Assembly (NCBI GenBank): GCA_051008975.1
Contig: JBPCXA010000144.1
Coordinates: forward strand, 1 to 46,325
DNA length: 46,325 bases
Source: Gammaproteobacteria bacterium
GTDB taxonomy: Bacteria; Pseudomonadota; Gammaproteobacteria; Tethybacterales; Persebacteraceae
Reading direction: 5' to 3'
Both the position numbers and the translations under genes were made by a program. The notes below the pieces were generated by a model. It was given only the letters and a program-made list of their open reading frames with translations, was not told where the DNA came from and made no database searches. The number at the start of each line of letters is the position of its first letter. Positions within the stretch are counted from its first letter, which is position 1. This document shows positions 27,028 to 33,523 of this stretch, piece after piece.

Positions 27028-27225
27028 GTGGCGCGGTTCCTGACGATCGTAGCAATCGCCGCCGTCCTCACCGGGGCCGGCTTCGCCTTCAGCTGCCGGT
27101 CACCGATCTTCGCCGGCGGCCGGTTGCTGTGCTGCTGCACCCAGATAGATGGCACGCTCTGCTGCCGTGGACAGTCCTACTGCTCGGGGATTGTTCCAGG
27201 CTGTCTCTGCACGGCTAAGGGGTAG
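27028..27225 (+). CDS. Cys-rich small membrane/secreted peptide (65 aa, 9 Cys), GTG start
   Basis: More than 80 percent G/C at third codon positions. N-terminal hydrophobic helix (FLTIVAIAAVLTGAGFAF) followed by CCC, CC, C, C.C. No convincing RBS. Confidence 0.45.
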   Translation: MARFLTIVAIAAVLTGAGFAFSCRSPIFAGGRLLCCCTQIDGTLCCRGQSYCSGIVPGCLCTAKG

Positions 27226-27682
27226 CGACGATGACCGTCAGCTGGCCTTCGGGATTGATGTTGGTCCCATCGGACAGCTGAAAGGTGCAGCTGCCGCCGG
27301 GTCCGGTGTATTCCATCCCGTTATGGGTCCCGGCATCGCAGATCACTTCCACGGTCAAGGGGTCGCCGTTGACCTCATAAGCGCCCGAGAGGTCGCGCAC
27401 ATTGCAGACAGTGGGCGTATCGGCCACCACGGTACATGCGATTGCGGAATTGGCCATGCCGGGAGCGAAATCGATCAGAGCCGCCGTGGGGATCGGCAGG
27501 CTCGCTGCAGGCGCGGGCGCAGTCTCGAGCTCCGTCACCCGAACCGTCAGAGCATCGAAGGCCGTCTGAAGATCGGTGATCTTGAGGTTGAGCTCGGCGA
27601 TCTCCTGCTCCGGCGTGGCAAAGACCTGCCCGTGGGCGGGAAAGGCGAGCAGCAAAAGCAGGCATAAAACCGGGATTCGCAT
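27215..27682 (-). CDS. Secreted coiled-coil plus beta-domain protein (155 aa)
   Basis: ATG 27682 lies 8 nt after GGAG. Signal peptide MRIPVLCLLLLLAFPAHG/Q, then a heptad helix (EIAELNLKITDLQTAFDALTVRVTELE), then a Cys-containing beta region. Confidence 0.65.
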   Translation of the reverse strand: MRIPVLCLLLLLAFPAHGQVFATPEQEIAELNLKITDLQTAFDALTVRVTELETAPAPAASLPIPTAALIDFAPGMANSAIACTVVADTPTVCNVRDLSGAYEVNGDPLTVEVICDAGTHNGMEYTGPGGSCTFQLSDGTNINPEGQLTVIVATP

Positions 27683-27686
27683 GGGG

Positions 27687-28019
27687 TTACTCCACAACAA
27701 CAGTTAGACCATAGCGCCGCGCAAGCGTTTCCGGCACACAGGCATAGAACATGCCATCCTGCACCCGCATATCCTTGAGGCGGCCCCAGGCCGCCAGATC
27801 GATGGTACAACCGAGCCTGGTGACGATCTCCGCCTCGGCGTCGTTAACCTCTTCGGCCTTGGCGATCGCGGCGTCCTTGTAGGTTGTCAGATCCGCGCAG
27901 CCCGTTAGAAGCGCCCAGGCGACCAAAAGAACGGCCCCACCGCCGGTCGGAACAGCGGTGGGGCCTGAGCAAGCATGACTCGAAGATCGAGCTGACCGTC
28001 GCACCAATGAAGACGCCAT
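27687..28019 (-). CDS. Lipoprotein (110 aa)
   Basis: ATG 28019 is preceded by AGGAGTGAAGG. The lipobox LLTGC follows a hydrophobic stretch (AVLLVAWALLTG/C). Confidence 0.65.
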   Translation of the reverse strand: MASSLVRRSARSSSHACSGPTAVPTGGGAVLLVAWALLTGCADLTTYKDAAIAKAEEVNDAEAEIVTRLGCTIDLAAWGRLKDMRVQDGMFYACVPETLARRYGLTVVVE

Positions 28020-28083
28020 CCGACCTTCACTCCTGGCTAAGAGCCGCCACGGGCTTATCACAGGACCGCCGCAAGCGCAAGCA

Positions 28084-28206
28084 TCAGCCAAAGGCGACGA
28101 GAGCCGCCACGATGACCAAAAAGGCGATGACCATGACCAGCCCGGCCCAGATCAGGCAACGTAGCAGGAAACCGAGCAGAGCCGCCAGCAAGACTGCTCT
28201 CGTCAT
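28084..28206 (-). CDS. Tiny single-pass membrane peptide (40 aa), not in the ORF track
   Basis: ATG 28206 overlaps the upstream stop (ATGA). Product MTRAVLLAALLGFLLRCLIWAGLVMVIAFLVIVAALVAFG is almost entirely hydrophobic. Confidence 0.5.
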   Translation of the reverse strand: MTRAVLLAALLGFLLRCLIWAGLVMVIAFLVIVAALVAFG

Positions 28207-28442
28207 CTATCGGCGTTCGATAAGGCGGAACCGCGGTCTGTGCTGACTCTGACAGCGCTCGGCTTGAACACACTCGACGCCTTCAAGAGCGAGCGTCCGC
28301 CGATGTAGGACGTAATCGGTATGACCATCTCGCCGAGAATATCCCAGGGGATGTTGACGACATCGCTGCCGTTGACGACGATGATCAGCGCATAGAGCAA
28401 TACAGCGCCGAATTCGGAGGTTTTCAGGCCAGGCTTTTGCAT
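28203..28442 (-). CDS. Small membrane protein, holin-like by size and topology (79 aa)
   Basis: GGAG lies 7 nt before the ATG. Hydrophobic segments FGAVLLYALIIVVNG and ILGEMVIPITSYIGG, with a charged C-terminal tail. Confidence 0.55.
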   Translation of the reverse strand: MQKPGLKTSEFGAVLLYALIIVVNGSDVVNIPWDILGEMVIPITSYIGGRSLLKASSVFKPSAVRVSTDRGSALSNADR

Positions 28443-28468
28443 ATTATAACTCCAGATTATTCAGCAAT

Positions 28469-28984
28469 CTATTCACGTTGACCCAGAAGAGCCTGTTCAC
28501 GCAAGCTGTAAGCATAAACGCGGCCGGCGAACACCGGATCGCTCGTCACCAGCTCGATCGCCGCCATCAAGGCTCCGAGAGCGGAATCCGTCAATGTCGC
28601 CTCATAGGTGGCGCCGCTGTCACGCCCGCCAACACTCTCATATCGCAGCACGTGCCCATCATCGCCAGACACCGGTTCGCCGGCCAGGGTACCGAGCTTG
28701 GCGGCGGTTCGCTGACCATATCTCAGCAACGGACCACCGTCGCAGTGATCGAAGACCGCCGAGGGTGGAATATTACAAAGTGCTACAAGCGCGTGCAGCG
28801 TCGAATCTCCGAGCGGCGCCTGGTACAGCACATTGCGCCGGCCGCGCAACGCAGGCCCGATAAAATAAAGGCCGATCGAGGCAATCGTGAGCCCCGATGA
28901 GGTCCGGGAGAGAATCGGACCGACGACGCCGAACGCCGACAGCAGCTTGAGTGGGCCGCGCCGGCCCTTGCGTGAGAGTTTCAT
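28469..28984 (-). CDS. Membrane-associated protein of unknown function (171 aa); first gene of the reverse cassette
   Basis: ATG 28984 after AAGGG (ORF-track TTG start at 29020). Basic N-terminus followed by two Gly/Ser-rich weakly hydrophobic segments. The C-terminal 110 aa contain DHCDGG and GDDGHVLRY. Confidence 0.55.
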   Translation of the reverse strand: MKLSRKGRRGPLKLLSAFGVVGPILSRTSSGLTIASIGLYFIGPALRGRRNVLYQAPLGDSTLHALVALCNIPPSAVFDHCDGGPLLRYGQRTAAKLGTLAGEPVSGDDGHVLRYESVGGRDSGATYEATLTDSALGALMAAIELVTSDPVFAGRVYAYSLREQALLGQRE

Positions 28985-29012
28985 GATTTGCCCTTGTTGC
29001 TCCGACGAAGCA

Positions 29013-29041
29013 ATTATCAAAAATTTTGGACCCGAGGTCTA
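29013..29041 (-). promoter_or_regulatory. Candidate leftward promoter of the reverse-strand membrane cassette
   Basis: On the minus strand: TAGACC-N17-GATAAT. The spacer and -35 are covered by repeat copy 1. Confidence 0.4.
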
Positions 29042-29085
29042 GGACTTCCGTATCGCGGGGCGAAAATTTTGGACCCGGAGCCTAG
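29020..29085. promoter_or_regulatory. Two 23-nt direct repeats (operator-like) in the divergent control region
   Basis: AAAATTTTGGACCCGAGGTCTAG (29020..29042) and AAAATTTTGGACCCGGAGCCTAG (29063..29085). 20/23 identical, 43 bp apart. Confidence 0.7.
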
Positions 29086-29225
29086 TGGTTCGCGACATAA
29101 CAACAATGAAGATTGTGATAATCGAAACCGGCGATCGCCTTGCACAAGCGCAGGCACGCGCCTGGGCGCGTTCCTCTTGACGGCCGCCGAGCCGAGCGAC
29201 CGCACTTAACATATGAAATATTATC

Positions 29226-29253
29226 TTGACCAGGAACGGCATTTATGCATAAT
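29226..29253 (+). promoter_or_regulatory. Sigma-70-like rightward promoter of the DUF932/pentapeptide operon
   Basis: TTGACC-N16-CATAAT, about 45 nt upstream of ATG 29298. Confidence 0.5.
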
Positions 29254-29297
29254 GGCAGTGCGGCCGAACCGGCCGCGAGCAAGCAAGGAGTCGGACC

Positions 29298-29489
29298 ATG
29301 AAAATCATCCTAGCAGTTGTCGGAACTTTGGCACTTATCGGGCACTTGTGGGTTGTCGGCAATGGAGTCGCCTATGAAGCCTATGAAAGCATTGCCTATG
29401 TAAGGGGATATCTCGGTTATTTCATAGCCACAGCGGCGGCTTTCATAGCCGGTGCGGTCGCTATGTTTCTTGCGACCCCGACAGAATGA
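29298..29489 (+). CDS. Two-TM small membrane protein (63 aa)
   Basis: AAGGAG RBS. IILAVVGTLALIGHLWVV and FIATAAAFIAGAVAMFLA helices. Confidence 0.65.
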   Translation: MKIILAVVGTLALIGHLWVVGNGVAYEAYESIAYVRGYLGYFIATAAAFIAGAVAMFLATPTE

Positions 29490-29570
29490 CCCAGCGGGAG
29501 CGACCGGCCGGCCCGGCCGGCCCGGCCGTTTCCGGTGCGCCACTGCACCAAACCAAAGGAGTAAGCAATC

Positions 29571-30845
29571 ATGACAACCGAAATCACGTTGAACCCGAAC
29601 GAGTACCAGGCGACCGAAAACGGCGCCTTCAAGGTCGGCAATCTCCATGCCGGGGAAGCCCGCATGGAAGTCTCTACCGCTTGGATGAACCGGCCGGATG
29701 ACGAGCGCTTTTGCTCGCTCGAAGATCTGCACCAGGCGACCAAGGCCAGATACGAGGCGAGCCGCGAATTGCGAATCGACAATCGCCAGGTCGAAATCGT
29801 CACCAATAAGAACCCCGGGACCATCGCCGAGACCAAGCGAATCGAATTCGGCCTGCCATCGGGCGACCTGGTAACACCAAGCCACTGGTCGTTCGGTCAG
29901 ACGGCGACCCTGGCCGGCGCCCCGCCGTCCTACCTCAGGACCTTGCCGGCGCCGATCGTCAGCGATGCGCTGACCTGGGGCTTGAGACGCAACCGGGAGG
30001 TCGAGCAAATCAAGGCTTATTATCGGCCGACTGCGAGATCACCGCAGCAAATGGTGACATCGATTCCGGTGCCTAGCCAGCTACACGCCATGACGGGGCC
30101 GGACTACGGCCGGATCCCGGACTTCGAAATCGTCCGCTCCGTCATCGACATCAACCAGCGTCCCGGCTCGGCCTGGAAGGTGCCCGGAGTGATGGATTGG
30201 CGGTCCCATGTCTACGATCCCCACCATCCGGTCACCAAGGAGACGACCACGCTTTTCGCATCGGACCGCGATGTCTTCATGTTCCTGGTCGACGATACGC
30301 GCCCGATATCGGTCGGCAAGCTTCCCGACGGCTCGGATGATCTCATGTTCCGCGGCTTCTATATCCGCAATTCCGAGATGGGCAAATCGTCGCTGGAGCT
30401 GGCGACCATGTATCTCCGGGCGGTATGCTGCAATCGTATCTTGTGGGGCGTCGAACAATTCCGCACCTTCAGGATGCGCCACAGCAAGTACGCGCCTGAT
30501 CGGTGGATCGACTCGATGGTACCTGCCCTCCGGTCCTATTCGGAGCGCTCAGCGGTCACTTTTCAGCAGGCGGTCGACGAGGCCAAGGCGGCCAAGGTGG
30601 CCCAGGATGATGAAGAGGCGCTGGCATGGCTGCGTGACAAAGGCCTGAACCGCAAGCGGGCGGCCGAGATCCTGACAACGGTCGAGCGTGAGGAGGGGCA
30701 TCCCGCGCGCTCGCTGTGGGACATGGCCCAGGGTGCAACGGCACTGGCGCGCGATATCCCGCACCAGGATACGCGCCTGGAGCTGGAAAGCCAGGCGGGC
30801 GCATGGCTTGCCGTGATCAAGACGCCGGAGTATGCTCGCGTCTGA
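29571..30845 (+). CDS. DUF932-family protein (phage/plasmid-like, 424 aa)
   Basis: AAGGAG RBS. LFASDRDVFMFLVD...FRGFYIRNSEMGKSSLELATMYLRAVCCNRILWG matches my recollection of the DUF932 core. Confidence 0.7.
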   Translation: MTTEITLNPNEYQATENGAFKVGNLHAGEARMEVSTAWMNRPDDERFCSLEDLHQATKARYEASRELRIDNRQVEIVTNKNPGTIAETKRIEFGLPSGDLVTPSHWSFGQTATLAGAPPSYLRTLPAPIVSDALTWGLRRNREVEQIKAYYRPTARSPQQMVTSIPVPSQLHAMTGPDYGRIPDFEIVRSVIDINQRPGSAWKVPGVMDWRSHVYDPHHPVTKETTTLFASDRDVFMFLVDDTRPISVGKLPDGSDDLMFRGFYIRNSEMGKSSLELATMYLRAVCCNRILWGVEQFRTFRMRHSKYAPDRWIDSMVPALRSYSERSAVTFQQAVDEAKAAKVAQDDEEALAWLRDKGLNRKRAAEILTTVEREEGHPARSLWDMAQGATALARDIPHQDTRLELESQAGAWLAVIKTPEYARV

Positions 30846-30867
30846 TATCTCCCATATCTCCGAACCT

Positions 30868-30897
30868 GGGGCGTCCTTCGCGGCGCCCCTTTTCTTT
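30868..30897 (+). terminator. Rho-independent terminator after the DUF932 gene
   Basis: GGGGCGTC/GGCGCCCC stem with a 6-nt loop, followed by TTTTCTTT. Confidence 0.65.
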
Positions 30898-30971
30898 GGC
30901 GATTCATCATTGATTAATAAACGGTATTTATGGTAATGGTGACTCTCCAGCAAGCATGAAAGGACAAGGTT

Positions 30972-31418
30972 ATGAAAAGTGGAAAGTATCAAATTGGGCC
31001 CGGAGCCGACTTAGGCGGAGCCGACTTAGGCGGAGCCAACTTGCGCGAAGCCGACTTGCGCGGAGCCAACTTGCGCGGAGCCGACTTGAATGGAGCCGAC
31101 TTGGGCGCAGCCGACTTGAATGGAGCCGACTTGCGCAGAGCCAACTTGGGCGGAGCCGACTTGAATGGAGCCGACTTGCGTAGAGCCTACTTGGGCGCAG
31201 CCGACTTGATCGATGCTGGCCAAGACCAGCGCGGGCATAGGCTGATCGCTGTCAAACACGACATCGAACCGATGATCACTGCTGGCTGTCGATGGCTGTC
31301 GTTGAGCGAGGCCATCCAATGGTGGTCGCAGACTAACAAATCGGCGGAATGTCTGGCAAAAGTCAGATTGATCGAGGCCGAGGCAAAAAGACGCGGTTGG
31401 CCCGTGAAGCAAGCATGA
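30972..31418 (+). CDS. Pentapeptide-repeat protein (14 repeats) with a 70-aa non-repeat C-terminal domain
   Basis: GADLG GADLG GANLR EADLR GANLR GADLN and so on. The A(D/N)LxG repeats are unambiguous. Confidence 0.9.
   Translation: MKSGKYQIGPGADLGGADLGGANLREADLRGANLRGADLNGADLGAADLNGADLRRANLGGADLNGADLRRAYLGAADLIDAGQDQRGHRLIAVKHDIEPMITAGCRWLSLSEAIQWWSQTNKSAECLAKVRLIEAEAKRRGWPVKQA
31002..31211 (+). repeat. 14 tandem 15-bp units (consensus GGAGCCGACTTGNNN) encoding the pentapeptide repeats
   Basis: Units counted directly. The core GCCGACTTG is identical or one mismatch off in every unit. All six frames are open. Confidence 0.95.
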
Positions 31419-31432
31419 AAGGAGTCGAAGTG

Positions 31433-31813
31433 ATGCAAATCACGAAAGCAAACGTGGCGGGCGCGTTCAAACGCCTGCACAAGGAGATGGGTTGGCCGGA
31501 TATGGCGCCGGTCAAGGACGGCAAGCCAAACCCGGGCGCGATTTCATTGGTCGAGACCGGCTATTACGGCTGGTCGATCGAGCAAATCATCAACAAGAAT
31601 GGTGGCGTTAAAACGCTTTTCGGCATGCCGTCATGGCCGACCAAGCGCCAAGCATGGGAAACCATGATAGCCATGGCTCAGGCAATCGAGCACTACAAGC
31701 GCCAGCAAGTCGAGCTGGCAACGGCGGCCGATCTTGAAAGCTGTAGCAACGAAGAGCTTGAGGCGGCCGGCGCGGTATACGACCGTACGATCGGCCAAGG
31801 ACTTGAGCCATGA
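31433..31813 (+). CDS. Hypothetical protein (126 aa)
   Basis: AAAGGAG lies 8 nt before ATG 31433. An in-frame ATG at 31415 overlaps the upstream stop and is an alternative start. Confidence 0.6.
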   Translation: MQITKANVAGAFKRLHKEMGWPDMAPVKDGKPNPGAISLVETGYYGWSIEQIINKNGGVKTLFGMPSWPTKRQAWETMIAMAQAIEHYKRQQVELATAADLESCSNEELEAAGAVYDRTIGQGLEP

Positions 31814-32196
31814 GCAAAACATGTCAAACGCTCGCCCAGTTGCGCAACCATGTCTATCCGTTCCCGGTCTATGAGGCGACTTTCGCCGACGGCACGACGG
31901 GGCGCCTTTCGATCTGGCAGCAAAACGGCAAGCCCTGGAGCTGGGCACGTCACCGAAAGGTAATGGCTACGTGTTTCGGCAAGACCGTCACAAGCGGCGT
32001 TATCCACAGCAAGGGGCTAACGGCGGTCGACCCGATGGGGTCGGAGGTCGCCAAGCCCAGGCGGATGAACACGCGGACCCTGGTGCGCGACCTGGTCGCC
32101 ATGGTCGAGATCAGATCACGGCAAGGCTACCAGCCGGTGCTCGACCAGGCCGACCAAACCAGATGGAACGAAGCCAGACGGTGGGCCGGGCCATGA
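31810..32196 (+). CDS. Hypothetical protein (128 aa)
   Basis: ATGA coupling. Confidence 0.6.
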   Translation: MSKTCQTLAQLRNHVYPFPVYEATFADGTTGRLSIWQQNGKPWSWARHRKVMATCFGKTVTSGVIHSKGLTAVDPMGSEVAKPRRMNTRTLVRDLVAMVEIRSRQGYQPVLDQADQTRWNEARRWAGP

Positions 32197-32273
32197 TCGA
32201 TTGGCAGAGAATGATCGAGCTGGCAACGCTCTGCGCGCTGGTCGGAATCATGGTCGCCGTTGTGGCGGTTTGA
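32193..32273 (+). CDS. Tiny TM peptide (26 aa), not in the ORF track
   Basis: ATGA overlap with the upstream stop. Product MIDWQRMIELATLCALVGIMVAVVAV. Last ORF before the intrinsic terminator. Confidence 0.35.
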   Translation: MIDWQRMIELATLCALVGIMVAVVAV

Positions 32274-32377
32274 AGCAAGCCCAGCGGAGTGACTTGCCCA
32301 TGCCATGACGGACGATTAAACTGATCCGGCCGGCGATCCTGCCGGTAACTCCGCGCTTGGAGTAATTGCCTGAAACT

Positions 32378-32404
32378 GACCCGGTTCCGTTCCGGGTCTT
32401 TTTT
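32378..32404 (+). terminator. Rho-independent terminator
   Basis: GACCCGG-TTCCGTT-CCGGGTC (perfect 7-bp stem) followed by TTTTTT. Confidence 0.8.
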
Positions 32405-32418
32405 GTGACCGATAAGCC

Positions 32419-32447
32419 TTGCAGAATAGGGCAGCATGCCCTATATG
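32419..32447 (+). promoter_or_regulatory. Promoter of the HTH-terminated four-gene operon
   Basis: TTGCAG-N17-TATATG (or N19-TATGAT), 15 nt after the terminator T-tract. Confidence 0.55.
32427..32443. promoter_or_regulatory. Perfect palindromic operator candidate TAGGGCA-GCA-TGCCCTA
   Basis: 7-3-7 inverted repeat spanning the promoter spacer and -10. Extra TAGGGCA half-sites at 32453 and 33307, and AGGGCA at 32821. Confidence 0.7.
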
Positions 32448-32488
32448 ATGTGTAGGGCAACGAAGGCCACTTGGGAAAGGAAAATCCG

Positions 32489-32812
32489 ATGCAAGACTAC
32501 TCAGACCCAGAACGCGAGAATGATCCGACTGCGCTGCCAGACATCGAAACTTTTCAACTTACAGCGCATGAAGTGGCCGAAAGCGTAATGTATGAGGAAG
32601 AGCAGTACGAATTTCTCAAGCGCCATGAATTCCGCCTAGCTACCATGAACTCAGCAACTCGTGAAGCCATGCTTGATGCGATGATCGAAGAATTGTCCAT
32701 CAACGGCGGATGGTTTTGGCATTCATGCTTCCCCGGCTGCCTACCTGACAGTGACCCGTTCGGCCCGTTCGAGACTGAGCAAGAGGCGCTTGAAGACGCC
32801 CAAGATGTTTGA
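32489..32812 (+). CDS. Small strongly acidic protein (107 aa), first gene of the HTH-terminated operon
   Basis: ATG after GGAAAGGAAAA. Visibly Asp/Glu-rich. WFWHSCFPGCLPDSDPFGPFETEQEA motif. Confidence 0.65.
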   Translation: MQDYSDPERENDPTALPDIETFQLTAHEVAESVMYEEEQYEFLKRHEFRLATMNSATREAMLDAMIEELSINGGWFWHSCFPGCLPDSDPFGPFETEQEALEDAQDV

Positions 32813-32855
32813 TGCAGCACAGGGCAACCAAGCCCACTTGAGAAAGGAAAATCCG

Positions 32856-33296
32856 ATGGAATGGACTTATACAGGAGACGTAAACCCTGAAAATGGCGGC
32901 ATGTGGCTTAACTTCGAAGGCTGGAGCAATGGCTATGCCGACTGCATACGTATCGTTGACCTTGACAGCGCTTGCGGCTTTACCGGTGCCGTCATGATCG
33001 AGCGACTGACGATCATCCGGCCACGCAATCGAAAAGAGCTGGCCGAGATTCTCGACGTTTGCGGCATGACGACCGTGGATCTGGTCGTTGACCGCGAGCA
33101 ACGCCAGCTGATCGTCGCACAATGCTGCGAGGCCTATGGCCTTTATGACCTATGCGAGGATTTCATCGGCCCGCACCGCGAGATTTTGCAGCTTGACCCC
33201 GCCTTTGGTCTCATGGAATTCGATGGCTGGAAAGCCGACAGAGCTCAGCCGAATGGCGACATCAAGGGTTATATTGAAGCCAAATGGCTCTATTGA
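32856..33296 (+). CDS. Small acidic protein (146 aa)
   Basis: Preceded by a near-copy of the gene-1 leader (32821..32858). Confidence 0.65.
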   Translation: MEWTYTGDVNPENGGMWLNFEGWSNGYADCIRIVDLDSACGFTGAVMIERLTIIRPRNRKELAEILDVCGMTTVDLVVDREQRQLIVAQCCEAYGLYDLCEDFIGPHREILQLDPAFGLMEFDGWKADRAQPNGDIKGYIEAKWLY

Positions 33297-33343
33297 CCAA
33301 GACCACTAGGGCAATCAAGCCCGCCAGAGATGGAGGAATCGAG

Positions 33344-33523
33344 ATGGAACGCGAATTAATCAAACAGCAATATCCTGGATTTACGGTTACATGTGACAAA
33401 TGCGGTTCAGATGAAGTCTATTTGCACATGAATACGCTAGGTTGGTCGCCTGAAAGTGGAGGATGGGGTGATGTTTCGCTGAGATGTGACTGTGGAAACG
33501 CGGTAATCATCATAGAGTCATGA
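33344..33523 (+). CDS. Zinc-ribbon protein (59 aa)
   Basis: GGAGGA RBS. CDKCG...CDCG motif. Preceded by a third TAGGGCAA box. Confidence 0.55.
   Translation: MERELIKQQYPGFTVTCDKCGSDEVYLHMNTLGWSPESGGWGDVSLRCDCGNAVIIIES

Noticed and set aside
27687-29020. Longer TTG-initiated versions of three reverse-cassette genes (starts at 27700, 28091 and 29020)
   Set aside because: Each has an internal ATG with a good Shine-Dalgarno (GGAG, AGGAG..GAAGG, AAGGG). Those internal starts place the signal peptide or lipobox at a sensible distance from the N-terminus.
29504-29528. GC-only repeat CCGGCC(GGCCCGGCC)x2 followed by TTT, considered as a terminator after the 63-aa gene
   Set aside because: It can form several alternative GC hairpins, but the T-tract is only 3 nt and the DUF932 gene follows in the same operon. 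There is not enough support to call it a terminator.
30956-31183. Alternative-frame ORF (75 aa, SRLRRS... repeats) across the pentapeptide array
   Set aside because: It is open only because the 15-bp tandem repeat lacks stops in every frame. The pentapeptide frame has the RBS-associated start and a non-repeat C-terminal domain.
31002-31211. Regular 15-bp repeat array considered as a possible CRISPR or satellite locus
   Set aside because: There are no spacers between the repeats. The array is in frame inside a gene and encodes canonical A(D/N)LxG pentapeptides.
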